NCBI GenBank assembly: GCA_031401115.1 | Contig: JANNRE010000018.1 | Coordinates: 74,233-138,232, forward strand | Source of the DNA: Chitinophagaceae bacterium | GTDB lineage: Bacteria; Bacteroidota; Bacteroidia; Chitinophagales; Chitinophagaceae | Direction of reading: 5' to 3' | DNA: 64,000 bases | In this document: piece after piece, positions 46,241 through 56,958 of the stretch | How the letters are laid out: each line of letters opens with the position of its first letter | Position numbering within the stretch: position 1 is the stretch's first letter | The notes under the pieces: model-generated | Database searches by the model: none | What the model saw: the letters and a program-made list of their open reading frames with translations, nothing else | What the model was told of the DNA's origin: nothing | Translations under genes and position numbers: made by a program

Positions 46241-46759
46241 TTATCCGTTAAATACTTTCTTTAATGCAAGGTTTCTTGTTCTTGAAACATTAATGGGTTC
46301 ACGCAACATAGCTAATGCTTTAAAAGTTGCTTTTACCACGTTGTGTGGATTTGCACTTCCTAAAGATTTTGCAAGTACATCGGTAATACCTACGCTTTCT
46401 AATACAGCACGCATGCTACCTCCGGCAATTACACCAGTACCATGTGCAGCAGGCTTTATTAAAACTTTAGCAGCTCCTTCTTTAGCCAGTTGATCATGAG
46501 GAATAGTGCCTTTCATTACAGGAACTTTAATTAAGTTCTTTTTTGCATCTTCAATTCCTTTTGCAATTGCTTCCTGCACTTCTTTTGCTTTACCTAAACC
46601 ATGACCTACCACTCCGTTTGCATTACCTACTACAACTAATGCTGAGAAACTGAATGCACGACCACCTTTTGTTGTTTTTACAACACGGTTAATAGAAACT
46701 ACTTTTTCTTTCAGTTCCAGATCGCCTGCCTTTATTTTATTTACAATTACTTTCGACAT
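46241..46759 (-). CDS. rpsE: 30S ribosomal protein S5
   Basis: [35 protein letters not shown]. Confidence 0.98.
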   Translation of the reverse strand: MSKVIVNKIKAGDLELKEKVVSINRVVKTTKGGRAFSFSALVVVGNANGVVGHGLGKAKEVQEAIAKGIEDAKKNLIKVPVMKGTIPHDQLAKEGAAKVLIKPAAHGTGVIAGGSMRAVLESVGITDVLAKSLGSANPHNVVKATFKALAMLREPINVSRTRNLALKKVFNG

Positions 46760-46787
46760 TTATGATTTATTAAATGTTTACGATTGA

Positions 46788-47147
46788 TTAGAAATTTAAA
46801 CCTGCTTCACGTGCACCTTCTGCCACAGCTTTTACACGGCCATGATACAAGTTACCACCACGGTCAAAAACAATAGCTGCAATACCAAGTTCAGTTGCTT
46901 TGCGTGCAATAGATGCACCTACCATTTTGCTTTTTTCAATCTTGGTTACAGTTTGTGCATTAATGTCTTTGTCTTTTGATGAAGCTGATGCAATGGTAGT
47001 TCCGTTTACATCATCAATCAATTGAACATACACATCGGAGTTACTGCGAAACACACTTAAGCGTGGTTTTGCAGAAGTACCAGCCACTTTCTTACGAATG
47101 CTGTGGCGGATTTTTTGTCTCCTTACTAGTTTGTTACCTGTTTTCAT
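46788..47147 (-). CDS. rplR: 50S ribosomal protein L18
   Basis: PRLSVFRSN, FDRGGNLYHGRV. Confidence 0.97.
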   Translation of the reverse strand: MKTGNKLVRRQKIRHSIRKKVAGTSAKPRLSVFRSNSDVYVQLIDDVNGTTIASASSKDKDINAQTVTKIEKSKMVGASIARKATELGIAAIVFDRGGNLYHGRVKAVAEGAREAGLNF

Positions 47148-47195
47148 CTTTCTTTATTTATATCTCCTGATTCTGCCAGGAAAATAGTTTACATT

Positions 47196-47750
47196 TTATT
47201 TACCAGCCGCTTTACCTGCTTTTCTGCGGATGAATTCACCTTCATACTTCACACCTTTTCCTTTGTATGGTTCAGGCTTACGTAAGCTGCGGATTTTAGC
47301 TGCTACGGCTCCTACTAACTGCTTGTCAATTCCTTCCAGTACAATTGTTGGGTTCTGTCCTTTTTCCTGTGCAGTAGCGACTTTTAATTCTTTAGGAATA
47401 TCAAAAATAATATTGTGAGAATATCCCAATGCTAAATCAAGAACGTTACCTTGGTTAGCCGCTTTATAACCCACACCTACTAATTCTAATTTTCTAGAAT
47501 ATCCTTCTGTTACACCTTTTACCATGTTTGATACCAATGAACGGTACAAACCATGCATGGCACGATGACGTCCTTGATCAGTAGGGCGAGCAAATGTTAC
47601 TTCACCATCCTTTACTTCTACTGTAATATCACGGTCAATGCTTTCTTTTAATTCGCCTTTTGCACCTTTTACAGTAACCACATTATCCGATCCTACAGTG
47701 ATGGTAACTCCTTGTGGAATGGTTACCGGTTTTTTACCTATACGAGACAT
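47196..47750 (-). CDS. rplF: 50S ribosomal protein L6
   Basis: MSRIGKKPV, RKPEPYKGKGV. Confidence 0.98.
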   Translation of the reverse strand: MSRIGKKPVTIPQGVTITVGSDNVVTVKGAKGELKESIDRDITVEVKDGEVTFARPTDQGRHRAMHGLYRSLVSNMVKGVTEGYSRKLELVGVGYKAANQGNVLDLALGYSHNIIFDIPKELKVATAQEKGQNPTIVLEGIDKQLVGAVAAKIRSLRKPEPYKGKGVKYEGEFIRRKAGKAAGK

Positions 47751-47915
47751 AATAATTTTTATTTAAGAATTGATAATTTGAAAATTCAGCTTGTCGTTTT
47801 CAGTTGCCGTATAGAGAACTTAAAATTGTCGCTTAGCTTTTTTTGTTTTGAGACATGGAAAAATCATTTTCAATTTTTCAACCGGTCTGCCTTACTCCTC
47901 TTTAGGGATGAGGTC

Positions 47916-48314
47916 TTAATAAATGAAACAAAGAACTTCACCACCTACTTTGTTTGCCTTGGCCTGCTTATCAGTCATTACCCCTTTTGATGTACTGATG
48001 ATGGCAATACCCAAACCATTTTTTACTCTTCTAAAATCATCTGGTTTTGAATACTGACGTAAACCAGGGCGGCTGATTCTTTCTAAAGATTGAATTGCCG
48101 GTTGGCGAGTTGTAGGATCGTACTTCAAGGCAATTTTAATAAGGCCTTGCTTACTGTCATCTTCAAACTTATACTTTAAAATATATCCCTGATCGTATAG
48201 AATCTCAGTGATACGCTTTTTTAAATTCGATGCAGGAATTTCAACAATACGGTGGCCTGCCATTTGAGCGTTACGAACACGAGTTAAAAAATCTGCAATA
48301 GGATCTGTTACCAT
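47916..48314 (-). CDS. rpsH: 30S ribosomal protein S8
   Basis: DPIADFLTRVRNA, SRPGLRQY, STSKGVMT. Confidence 0.98.
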   Translation of the reverse strand: MVTDPIADFLTRVRNAQMAGHRIVEIPASNLKKRITEILYDQGYILKYKFEDDSKQGLIKIALKYDPTTRQPAIQSLERISRPGLRQYSKPDDFRRVKNGLGIAIISTSKGVMTDKQAKANKVGGEVLCFIY

Positions 48315-48409
48315 TTTAATTCTTTAGTTTGAATGATTCTAAAAATTGTTTTCTTTACTACTGTGCATCATATTCAATACCTGCACAATTGTTTTCCTTT
48401 CGGATGTTT

Positions 48410-48679
48410 TTACCAGCTTGCTTTTTTAACACCCGGTATAATTCCATTAAGTGCCATATCCCGAAACATAATACGGCTGATACCGAAGTAACGGATATAA
48501 CCTCTTGGTCTACCGGTTAACTGGCATCTGTTTTTAAGGCGAACAGGAGAAGCATTTTTTGGCAATGCATCCAATCCTGCATAATCACCGGCAGCTTTTA
48601 ATGCAGCACGCTTATCAGCATACTGAGCTACCATTTTTTCTCTTTTCTTTTGACGGGCTGTGATTGATTTTTTAGCCAT
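48410..48679 (-). CDS. rpsN: 30S ribosomal protein S14 (zinc-independent, 89 aa)
   Basis: [10 protein letters not shown], only one Cys, IPGVKKASW. Confidence 0.97.
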   Translation of the reverse strand: MAKKSITARQKKREKMVAQYADKRAALKAAGDYAGLDALPKNASPVRLKNRCQLTGRPRGYIRYFGISRIMFRDMALNGIIPGVKKASW

Positions 48680-48758
48680 AATTGTATTTTAAGTTCCAAT
48701 CCTCAAATAACGAATTCCAAAAGTTGGTTCTTGTAATTTGGTTCTTGTAATTTTTTCT

Positions 48759-49328
48759 TTAGTCTTTTTTAGCGTTTTTAAAAGGCATACCCATTTCTTT
48801 CAAAAGTTCGTAAGCTTCTTCATTTGTTCCTGCTGTTGTTACAAACGTAATATCCAAACCGGTAATTTTATTTACCTTATCAATATCAATTTCAGGAAAA
48901 ATAATTTGTTCTGTTACAGCCATGGTATAATTGCCACGGCCATCAAATGCTTTTTCGTTAATACCTTTAAAGTCACGTACACGAGGTAGAGCAGATGAAA
49001 TAAAACGATCTAAAAATTCATACATATTTACACCACGCAATGTTACACGGGCACCAATAGGCATTCCTTTTCTCAACTTAAAGTTTGAGATGTCTTTTTT
49101 ACTCATGGTAGAAACTGCTTTTTGTCCGGTGATGGTTGTTAACTCATCTAAAGCAATATCTATAAGTTTTTTATCATTTACAGCTCCGTTAACCCCACGG
49201 TTCAAACAAATTTTTTCAAGTTTAGGAACCTGCATTACGCTTTTATAACCAAAACGCTTCATCATAGCAGGAACAACTTCTGCTTTGTATTTGCTTGCTA
49301 AACGGGGAGTATATTTTGTAGTGCTCAT
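48759..49328 (-). CDS. rplE: 50S ribosomal protein L5
   Basis: [32 protein letters not shown]. Confidence 0.98.
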   Translation of the reverse strand: MSTTKYTPRLASKYKAEVVPAMMKRFGYKSVMQVPKLEKICLNRGVNGAVNDKKLIDIALDELTTITGQKAVSTMSKKDISNFKLRKGMPIGARVTLRGVNMYEFLDRFISSALPRVRDFKGINEKAFDGRGNYTMAVTEQIIFPEIDIDKVNKITGLDITFVTTAGTNEEAYELLKEMGMPFKNAKKD

Positions 49329-49354
49329 TGTTTACTTTTTATTCTGTTTCAGAA

Positions 49355-49687
49355 TTACTTAATGGGCTGACCTGATTTTTTTGATACACGAACCAGCTTT
49401 CCGTTTTCACGGGTGCGTTGTACTTTAGTAGCCTGCTTACCGTCCCAAATCATAAGATTACTTATGTGAATGGGTGCTTCCTTTTTTACAATACCACCTT
49501 TGGTATTTTGTGCACTTGGCTTGGTATGCTTGGTAATAATATTTACACCTTCTACCAGCACACGTGCTTTTTCAGGAAATACTTCCAGCACTATACGTGG
49601 CTTCTTCACATCCTTATCATCACCGGTAATTACAACTACTGAATCACCTTTCTTGATGTTGAACTTTGGTTGAAATCTTGTCTTCAT
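49355..49687 (-). CDS. rplX: 50S ribosomal protein L24
   Basis: IKKGDSV.VITG, VEGVN, EAPIHISN. Confidence 0.97.
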   Translation of the reverse strand: MKTRFQPKFNIKKGDSVVVITGDDKDVKKPRIVLEVFPEKARVLVEGVNIITKHTKPSAQNTKGGIVKKEAPIHISNLMIWDGKQATKVQRTRENGKLVRVSKKSGQPIK

Positions 49688-49787
49688 GTTTTATTAAGCT
49701 TTGAGCTGTCAGCCATGTGCTTCGAGCATTTAAAAACTTTATTTATTTGTGGCTCGTAGCTATCAGCTAAAAGCTCACCGCTTTTTC

Positions 49788-50156
49788 TTACAATACCTCA
49801 GGAGCCAATGAAATAATTTTCATGTATCCTTTATCACGCAACTCACGGGCTACCGGCCCAAAAATACGTGTACCACGGGGTTCATCTGATGCATTTAAGA
49901 TTACAACAGCGTTGTCATCAAAACGGATATAAGAACCATCCTTACGGCGTAATTTATTTTTAGTGCGAACAATAACAGCTTTTGCCACAGTTCCTTTTTT
50001 AATACCACCACCCGGTAAAGCATCTTTAACAGTTACAACAATCTTATCGCCAATCTTAGCGTAATCCTGTCCGCTGTTTCCTAATACTTTAATACAGAGC
50101 ACTTCTTTGGCACCACTGTTATCGGCAACGTTTAATCTACTTTCTTGCTGAATCAT
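49788..50156 (-). CDS. rplN: 50S ribosomal protein L14
   Basis: [29 protein letters not shown]. Confidence 0.98.
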   Translation of the reverse strand: MIQQESRLNVADNSGAKEVLCIKVLGNSGQDYAKIGDKIVVTVKDALPGGGIKKGTVAKAVIVRTKNKLRRKDGSYIRFDDNAVVILNASDEPRGTRIFGPVARELRDKGYMKIISLAPEVL

Positions 50157-50246
50157 CTTACAATTATTTTAGATTTCAGATTTTTGATTTCAGATGGTGA
50201 ACAGTGCAAACAAATCTGCAATCTGCAATCGCCAATCTGCAATTTC

Positions 50247-50504
50247 TTATTTAGCTTTCTCTACAACTTCAATCAGTCTCCAGCGCTTTGTTTTACTCAG
50301 CGGACGGCTCTCCATGATTTTTACCGTATCGCCAAGTCCGCACTCATTCTTTTCATCATGAGCATGAAACTTGTTTGTTTTCTTTACAAACTTTCCATAA
50401 ATAGGATGCTTTACTTTACGCTCTACCGCAACAGTAATGGTTTTATCCATTTTGCTGCTGGTAACAACACCCAATTTCGTTTTACGCAAATTTCTTTCTT
50501 CCAT
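50247..50504 (-). CDS. rpsQ: 30S ribosomal protein S17
   Basis: [29 protein letters not shown]. Start set at MEERN. Confidence 0.97.
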   Translation of the reverse strand: MEERNLRKTKLGVVTSSKMDKTITVAVERKVKHPIYGKFVKKTNKFHAHDEKNECGLGDTVKIMESRPLSKTKRWRLIEVVEKAK

Positions 50505-50537
50505 TTTTTTTATTTTTTGCTTTAGCACTCAGCTTTA

Positions 50538-50747
50538 TCAAATACCCGCTTTCTTTTTTGTTAACTCCGTTTTTAAACGGGCAATATCCTTACGCAATCC
50601 ACGAATTGTCATTGGATTTTCCAACGGTGATATTACATGAGCAAACTCCAATTTTTTAAGGCGCAGCTCATCTTCACTAATACGTGCCGATAAATCAGTA
50701 ACGCTTAAATCCTGAATACTTTTTAAATAATCTCTTTTCTTAGCCAT
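50538..50747 (-). CDS. rpmC: 50S ribosomal protein L29
   Basis: LENPMTIRGLRKDIARLKT; expected position in the S10 operon. Confidence 0.95.
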   Translation of the reverse strand: MAKKRDYLKSIQDLSVTDLSARISEDELRLKKLEFAHVISPLENPMTIRGLRKDIARLKTELTKKKAGI

Positions 50748-50771
50748 TTGAATCAATTTATCAGTTCTGCA

Positions 50772-51188
50772 TTATGCCAGATCTCTGCGCACAATGAATT
50801 TTGTTTTAATTGGTAGTTTTTGTGCAGCTAATGCCATCGCATCTTTTGCAATTGTTTCAGAAACGCCATCTGCTTCAAACAAAATACGTCCCGGTTCAAT
50901 AACAGCCGCCCATCCTTCAGGATTTCCTTTACCCTTACCCATACGTACTTCGGCAGGTTTACGTGTAATGATTTTATCAGGAAATACTCTGATCCAAACA
51001 TTTCCTTCACGCTTCATGGCACGGGTCATTGCCTGGCGGGCACTTTCAATCTGGCGATTGGTTAACCATATCGGCTCTAATGCTTTTAAGGCATACGATC
51101 CAAAAGATATAGTTGTACCACGCTTTGCCACAGCACGGATGCGTCCTTTCTGCTGCTTTCTATGTTTTGTTCTTTTCGGCTGTAACAT
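50772..51188 (-). CDS. rplP: 50S ribosomal protein L16
   Basis: [20 protein letters not shown]. Confidence 0.98.
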   Translation of the reverse strand: MLQPKRTKHRKQQKGRIRAVAKRGTTISFGSYALKALEPIWLTNRQIESARQAMTRAMKREGNVWIRVFPDKIITRKPAEVRMGKGKGNPEGWAAVIEPGRILFEADGVSETIAKDAMALAAQKLPIKTKFIVRRDLA

Positions 51189-51266
51189 TGTTAATTATGT
51201 TTCGTGTTACTGTTTTTATTTATTTACATCGTACTTCTGTAACAGTGTATATCAGTACTTAATTTT

Positions 51267-52064
51267 TTACCCTTTTCTGCTATCTCTGCGTGGGCCACCT
51301 GCACCTCCACCGCCTCTTCGATCATCTCTTCTGTCGCCACCACCACCTCTGCGGTCATCTCTTCTATCATCTCTTCTTTCACCGGCACCACCTTCTTTTT
51401 GACCACCAATAATGTTGGGATTCAAGTCACGCTTTGCCAATACTTCACCTTTACAGATCCAAACTTTAATTCCTATTTTACCATAAACAGTTAAAGCAAA
51501 TACATTTGCATAATCAATATCCATACGGAATGTATGCAATGGTGTACGGCCCTGTTTAATTTCTTCGCTTCGTGCAATTTCAGCTCCACCTAAACGACCG
51601 CTTGCTTTAATTTTAATTCCTTCAGCTCCCATTCTCATTGCAGAAGCAATTGCCATTTTTATTGCTCTTTTAAAATTGATACGGTTCTCAATTTGACGGG
51701 CAATGGTATCTGCAACAATGTTTGCATCTATTTCCGGACGACGGATCTCCAAAATGTTGATCTGTACGTCTTCATTGCTGGTAAGCTTTTTCAATTCTTC
51801 TTTTACACGATCAACCTCACCGCCGCCTTTACCAATGATGATACCCGGCTTTGATGTATGAATAGTAACAATTAATTTGTTAAGTGTACGTTCAATAACA
51901 ATTTTAGAAATACCGCCTTTGTTGATACGGGCATTGAGGTAGTTTCTGATTTTATTATCTTCAATCAACTTTCCGGCAAAATCTTTTTTATTGCCATACC
52001 AGTTGCTGTCCCATCCGCGGATGATACCTAACCTGTTACCAATTGGATTTGCTTTCTGACCCAT
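51267..52064 (-). CDS. rpsC: 30S ribosomal protein S3
   Basis: [26 protein letters not shown]; R/D/G-rich tail. Confidence 0.98.
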   Translation of the reverse strand: MGQKANPIGNRLGIIRGWDSNWYGNKKDFAGKLIEDNKIRNYLNARINKGGISKIVIERTLNKLIVTIHTSKPGIIIGKGGGEVDRVKEELKKLTSNEDVQINILEIRRPEIDANIVADTIARQIENRINFKRAIKMAIASAMRMGAEGIKIKASGRLGGAEIARSEEIKQGRTPLHTFRMDIDYANVFALTVYGKIGIKVWICKGEVLAKRDLNPNIIGGQKEGGAGERRDDRRDDRRGGGGDRRDDRRGGGGAGGPRRDSRKG

Positions 52065-52072
52065 AGAATGGT

Positions 52073-52432
52073 TTAATTATTTTTTTCAATTAATATCTGA
52101 TCTACAATAATGGTTACGTGGTTGCTGCGCTTACGAACTCTGTAGGCTCTACCTTGTGGGGCAGGACGTAAACGTTTTACCATACGGGCACCATCAACAA
52201 AAATTGTTTTTACAATAAGTGCTGCATCGGCTGCGCTTTGTCCGCTGTTTTTTTGCTCCCAGTTATTGATGGCGCTTTTTAAAAGCTTACTAAGTGGCGT
52301 AGATGAATGTTGCGGATGAAACTCTAACAATGCCAGAGCTTTTTCAACATTCAGTCCACGAATTTCATCGGCCAATAAACGCATCCTGCGTGGCGATGTG
52401 GGATAATTTCTAAGTTTTGCTACTGCTTCCAT
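52073..52432 (-). CDS. rplV: 50S ribosomal protein L22
   Basis: [31 protein letters not shown]. Confidence 0.97.
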   Translation of the reverse strand: MEAVAKLRNYPTSPRRMRLLADEIRGLNVEKALALLEFHPQHSSTPLSKLLKSAINNWEQKNSGQSAADAALIVKTIFVDGARMVKRLRPAPQGRAYRVRKRSNHVTIIVDQILIEKNN

Positions 52433-52443
52433 TTTCATTCAGT

Positions 52444-52716
52444 TTATGAAATCTTCTTGCTTGAGTGTCCTTTAAAATTTCTTGTGGGTGCAAATTCTCC
52501 CAGCTTATGTCCTACCATAAATTCAGTTACATAAACAGGAATAAACTTGTTGCCGTTGTGCACAGCAAATGTGTGCCCCACAAAATCGGGAGTAATTGTA
52601 GAGCGGCGGCTCCATGTCTTAATTACACCTTTTTTTACTTTTCCTTCGTTTACAGCCAGCACCTTGTTTTCAAGATGAGAAGCTACATAAGGACCTTTTT
52701 TAATCGAACGAGCCAT
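52444..52716 (-). CDS. rpsS: 30S ribosomal protein S19
   Basis: [28 protein letters not shown]. Confidence 0.98.
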   Translation of the reverse strand: MARSIKKGPYVASHLENKVLAVNEGKVKKGVIKTWSRRSTITPDFVGHTFAVHNGNKFIPVYVTEFMVGHKLGEFAPTRNFKGHSSKKIS

Positions 52717-52752
52717 AATATATTTTCGATTTTAGAATTTCGATTTACGATT

Positions 52753-53592
52753 TTATTTCGCTAATTTTTTACCATCCTTACGTTGAATGATCAGTTTGTT
52801 AGAACCTTTATGCTTAATACGTGTTTTTTCACCTTTTGCATATTTACCAGTTCTGCTTCTTGGATGACCACCGCTTGAACGGCCTTCACCACCACCCATC
52901 GGATGATCAACCGGGTTCATTGCCACACCACGTGTACGTGGACGAATACCCTTCCAACGATTTACACCTGCTTTACCTGCTGTTTCCAAATTGTGATCGC
53001 TGTTAGAAACCACACCCACTGTTGCACAACAATTAATTAATATTTTACGCAATTCGCCACTTGGCATTTTTAAAATAGCATACTTCTCTTCTTTGTTTGT
53101 AAGCTGTGCACTTGTACCTGCACTGCGAACCAATTTACCACCCTGGCCAGGTTGCATTTCCACATTATGAATATTTGTACCCAGTGGCATAAACTTCATT
53201 TGAAGAGCATTACCTAAATCAGGAGCTACTGTATCACCAGCAATAACTGTGGCACCAACCTTTAAACCATTTGGTGCAAGGATATAACGCTTTTCACCAT
53301 CCACATAATTCAACAAAGCGATGAATGCTGTACGGTTTGGATCGTACTCTATAGAAGCAACAGTTGCAGGAATATCTTTCTTGTTTCTTTTAAAATCTAT
53401 TACACGGTATTTCTTTTTGTTACCACCACCAATATAGCGCATAGATCTGCGACCCTGAGCGTTACGACCGCCTGTGTTCTTTGTAACTTCAAGCAAAGAC
53501 TTTTCAGGTGTGTCTGTAGTAATCTCAGCATAAGCATTCCCGATTCTCCATCTTGTTCCTGCTGTTACCGGTTTGTATTTCTTTAATGCCAT
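52753..53592 (-). CDS. rplB: 50S ribosomal protein L2
   Basis: [29 protein letters not shown]. Confidence 0.98.
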   Translation of the reverse strand: MALKKYKPVTAGTRWRIGNAYAEITTDTPEKSLLEVTKNTGGRNAQGRRSMRYIGGGNKKKYRVIDFKRNKKDIPATVASIEYDPNRTAFIALLNYVDGEKRYILAPNGLKVGATVIAGDTVAPDLGNALQMKFMPLGTNIHNVEMQPGQGGKLVRSAGTSAQLTNKEEKYAILKMPSGELRKILINCCATVGVVSNSDHNLETAGKAGVNRWKGIRPRTRGVAMNPVDHPMGGGEGRSSGGHPRSRTGKYAKGEKTRIKHKGSNKLIIQRKDGKKLAK

Positions 53593-53660
53593 TTTAAATT
53601 TCTTTTCAGTTTAGTAATGTCAATTCTTTGCGGCGTTTGACCCGCCATTCCTTTTATATA

Positions 53661-53960
53661 TTATACTGTTCCGTACAAATCAATTGTTTCACCTTCAGAA
53701 ACAGTTACGTAAGCTTTTTTATAAGCCGGTTTGCTACCCTGTATGTAACCCGCTTTAGTCATACGGTTTTTACTTTTACGTGGAGCCACCATAGTACGCA
53801 CATCATCTACTTTTACATTGTAGAACTCTTCAATTGCTTTTTTAATTTCAAGCTTATTGGCTTTGCGGCCAACACGAAAAGCGTATGTGTTTCTTTTTTC
53901 CGTTAAACGATTGCTTTTTTCAGAAACAATCGGCTTTACTAATACTTCACTCTGTCTCAT
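53661..53960 (-). CDS. rplW: 50S ribosomal protein L23
   Basis: PIVSEKS, ANKLEIKKAIE, YKKAYVT. Confidence 0.97.
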   Translation of the reverse strand: MRQSEVLVKPIVSEKSNRLTEKRNTYAFRVGRKANKLEIKKAIEEFYNVKVDDVRTMVAPRKSKNRMTKAGYIQGSKPAYKKAYVTVSEGETIDLYGTV

Positions 53961-53990
53961 TTGGACTTAGTTTATTCTTTCAATTATCAA

Positions 53991-54623
53991 TTAAGCAGCA
54001 ACTTCTTCTTCAGAGAAAATTTTTGCGGCACTTTCAGTTAATACTAATACATCGCTGTTAATCAAATCGTATGTATTTACATCAGCAAGCAATGAACCAA
54101 CTACACGGGGGACGTTGCGAAGGCTGAGGTATAAATTATCGTTGTATTCAGGTATTACGAACAATGTTTTTTTACCTGTAAGATTTAAGCTGGCAAGCAC
54201 ACCCATAAATTCTTTTGTTTTAGGAGCTTCTAAGTTGAAATCTTCTACAACAATGATTGCATTTGCCTGGGCTTTGTAAGAAAGAGCACCCATTTTAGCG
54301 AGGTCTTTTACTTTACGGTTTAATTTAAAATCATAACCGTGCGGTTTTGGTCCGAATATAGTACCACCACCTTTGTACAAAGGGTTACGAAGGTTACCCT
54401 TACGAGCGCCACCTGTACCTTTTTGACGGTGAAGTTTGCGGCTTGAACCTTTTACTTCGGCTCTAGTTTTTACTTTATGTGTACCCAAACGTTGAGCAGA
54501 TTGATACTGCTTAACAGCAAGGTAAATTACATGGTCGTTTGGCTCAATACCAAAAATATCTTCTGGCAATTCTACCTTGCGGCCTGTTGCTTTTCCTGAT
54601 TTATTTAAAACATCTACTTGCAT
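53991..54623 (-). CDS. rplD: 50S ribosomal protein L4
   Basis: GTHKVKTRAEV, RQKGTGGARKG, GGGTIFGPKP. Confidence 0.98.
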   Translation of the reverse strand: MQVDVLNKSGKATGRKVELPEDIFGIEPNDHVIYLAVKQYQSAQRLGTHKVKTRAEVKGSSRKLHRQKGTGGARKGNLRNPLYKGGGTIFGPKPHGYDFKLNRKVKDLAKMGALSYKAQANAIIVVEDFNLEAPKTKEFMGVLASLNLTGKKTLFVIPEYNDNLYLSLRNVPRVVGSLLADVNTYDLINSDVLVLTESAAKIFSEEEVAA

Positions 54624-54643
54624 GACTTCTTAAATTAGTTTGT

Positions 54644-55261
54644 TTACTTCTGGATGTATACGATTGAACCGTTATGACCCGGTACCGAGCCGCTCACAAG
54701 GATGTAATTTTTATCCGGGAATATTTTCAATACTTTCAAACCTTTAATTTTCACTCTGTCGGCACCCATACGCCCGGCCATACGCATACCTTTCATTACA
54801 CGGCTTGCATCGGATGAGTTACCCAAAGAACCCGGTGCACGGGAACGATCGTGCTGACCATGCGACTGGCCACCCACACCATGGAAACCATGACGTTTTA
54901 CTACACCCTGGAAACCTTTTCCTTTTGTAGTACCTACAACTTCTACATCATCGCCTTCAGCGAAAATTTCTGTAGTAATTGTTTCACCAATATTTTTTTC
55001 GAGAGAATAGTTGCGGAATTCTTTTACAAACTTCTTGGGAGGAGTGCTTGCTTTTACGAAGTGATTTTTTTCTGCAGCCGTAGTGTGTTTGTCTTTCTTA
55101 TCACCAAATGCCAGCTGAAGTGCGCTGTATCCGTCTGCATCCTGTGTTTTAACTTGCGTAACAACACAAGGGCCAGCTTCAATAATGGTGCAACTCTGCT
55201 GCTTGCCATCTGGACTGAAGATGCTGGTCATGCCAATTTTTTTGCCAATAATACCTTTCAT
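54644..55261 (-). CDS. rplC: 50S ribosomal protein L3
   Basis: GKKIGMT, GKGFQGVVKRHGF, KGMRMAGRMG. Confidence 0.98.
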   Translation of the reverse strand: MKGIIGKKIGMTSIFSPDGKQQSCTIIEAGPCVVTQVKTQDADGYSALQLAFGDKKDKHTTAAEKNHFVKASTPPKKFVKEFRNYSLEKNIGETITTEIFAEGDDVEVVGTTKGKGFQGVVKRHGFHGVGGQSHGQHDRSRAPGSLGNSSDASRVMKGMRMAGRMGADRVKIKGLKVLKIFPDKNYILVSGSVPGHNGSIVYIQK

Positions 55262-55547
55262 TTTATTTTACAGTTTATGCCCTGTAAGGTTGTTGAGACA
55301 TGATGCTGGCGGCATCATTCAATCTCCGTTTACCGCTGACCTTTTCCGTTGTTCCTCTATGGATTGGAAGTACCAGTGGTAAACTAACCACGAAGGGCTA
55401 GTTTATATGTTACTCATCTGCCAACAGGCAGATAAGAATGTTTTAAAGTTCAGAGCTCTTTTATCTTGTACTGTTACAAGGTTGAGAGATGAATCAAATA
55501 CTTATTTATAAGAACTTAAATGGTGACGCCGCTTTAACGGACAATCA

Positions 55548-55853
55548 TCATGCTTTAATTTCTACATCTACACCGCTTGGCAAGTCTAATTTGCTCAAAG
55601 CATCAACCGTACGGCTGCTGCTTGTATAGATATCCAGCAAACGCTTATGCGTACAAAGCTGAAACTGCTCACGGCTTTTTTTGTTTGCATGCGGTGAACG
55701 CAATACAGTAAAAATTCGCTTGTGTGTAGGTAAAGGAATAGGACCTGTAACTACTGCACCTGTGCTGCGAACCGTTTTAACGATTTTCTCAGCAGACTTA
55801 TCAACCAGATTATGGTCGTAAGATTGTAATTTTATTCTGATACGTTGCGCCAT
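55548..55853 (-). CDS. rpsJ: 30S ribosomal protein S10
   Basis: [29 protein letters not shown]. Confidence 0.98.
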   Translation of the reverse strand: MAQRIRIKLQSYDHNLVDKSAEKIVKTVRSTGAVVTGPIPLPTHKRIFTVLRSPHANKKSREQFQLCTHKRLLDIYTSSSRTVDALSKLDLPSGVDVEIKA

Positions 55854-55884
55854 AAGATCTATCCCAAATTTTCAATTGGGAGCG

Positions 55885-55915
55885 CAAAGGTAGGAGTTGA
55901 AGGAATGCAAGCAAA
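55885..55915 (-). promoter_or_regulatory. Sigma70 promoter of the S10 operon (-33 TTTG, -7 TACCTTTG)
   Basis: TTTG at 55912-55915 and TACCTTTG at 55885-55892, 19-nt spacing. Confidence 0.8.
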
Positions 55916-56092
55916 AACTTTGGGGAAGTATTTTTGAGAAAACCTCAATAAATTTTCAGGAAAATACAAAAAACAAGTCTTCTTATTTACAAAATGACCT
56001 TGATATGCACAAAAGTTCAATTACTATTCTCAATTCATTTGCGGTAATGCTCAGTGTGTTTTCATTATTTTTGGTGCTGCTAAATATATTTC

Positions 56093-56896
56093 ATGAATAA
56101 ATTTCTGTTAACAGCTATCCTTTTTTCCTTTGCTGCCTGTAATAATGGTGAAGAGGAAGAGCAAACTACCTTAACTGCAATACCCGCCCCTCAGCAACTC
56201 TCCTACTCCATTTTGAACTCATACCCGCATGATACTTCTTTTTACACACAGGGCTTGCAATATGCAGATGGTTTTTTATATGAAGGAAGTGGTAACCCGC
56301 AAAAAATAAAAAACAAATCGAAACTCAGAAAGGTTGATTATACAACCGGTAAGATTTTAAAAGAAACATTTTTACCCAATATCCTTTTTGGCGAAGGCAT
56401 TACTGTGTTAGGCGATAAAATTTACCAACTCACTTATGAGGAAAGAAGAGGGTTTGTTTACAACCTTGCAGACTTTAAACTGATAAAAGAATTTACTTAC
56501 AATACTGAAGGTTGGGGAATGACCAATGATGGCACTAACCTGCTAGTTAGCGATGGTTCTAATTTAATTTACTATTGGGATACCGTTACTTTAAAAGAAG
56601 TAAAACGCATCAGCGTGCAGGATAATAGCGGTTTGCGAAACAATATTAACGAACTGGAATACATCAATGGTTTTATTTATGCCAATGTATATCTTACTGA
56701 TGAGGTTATAAAAATTGATCCTGCTACAGGAATTGTAGTGGGCAAGATTGATTTTGCAGGTTTAAAATCAACCTATCCTGAATTAACCAACCCTCCAACA
56801 GAAGTGCTGAATGGCATTGCATGGGACAGCAGCCGAAACCGTTTGTTTATTACAGGAAAATATTGGAGTAAATTGTTTGAGGTTAGGTTGAATTGA
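56093..56896 (+). CDS. Glutaminyl-peptide cyclotransferase (type I QC), lipoprotein
   Basis: Lipobox FAA-C; YPHD...YTQGL, FGEGIT, EGWGMT, NELEY and VLNGIA. Confidence 0.92.
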   Translation: MNKFLLTAILFSFAACNNGEEEEQTTLTAIPAPQQLSYSILNSYPHDTSFYTQGLQYADGFLYEGSGNPQKIKNKSKLRKVDYTTGKILKETFLPNILFGEGITVLGDKIYQLTYEERRGFVYNLADFKLIKEFTYNTEGWGMTNDGTNLLVSDGSNLIYYWDTVTLKEVKRISVQDNSGLRNNINELEYINGFIYANVYLTDEVIKIDPATGIVVGKIDFAGLKSTYPELTNPPTEVLNGIAWDSSRNRLFITGKYWSKLFEVRLN

Positions 56897-56911
56897 ATTT
56901 GCACTCCGTAA

Positions 56912-56944
56912 TACGCAATGTCCCGAGGCGAAGACAATGCTGTG
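56912..56944 (+). repeat. 33-bp direct repeat, copy 1
   Basis: TACGCAATGTCCCGAGGCGAAGACAATGCTGTG; 27/33 identical to 57905-57937. Confidence 0.75.
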
Positions 56945-56958
56945 AAAAAAATCTGTCG

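Noticed and set aside
51267-51390. R/D/G-rich low-complexity tail of S3
   Set aside because: This is common in Bacteroidota S3 proteins and not novel.
50794-51402. 202-aa plus-strand ORF and many other short antisense ORFs in the track
   Set aside because: They are antisense shadows of well-supported genes (rplP/rpsC, lon, ftsK and others) with no coding signature.
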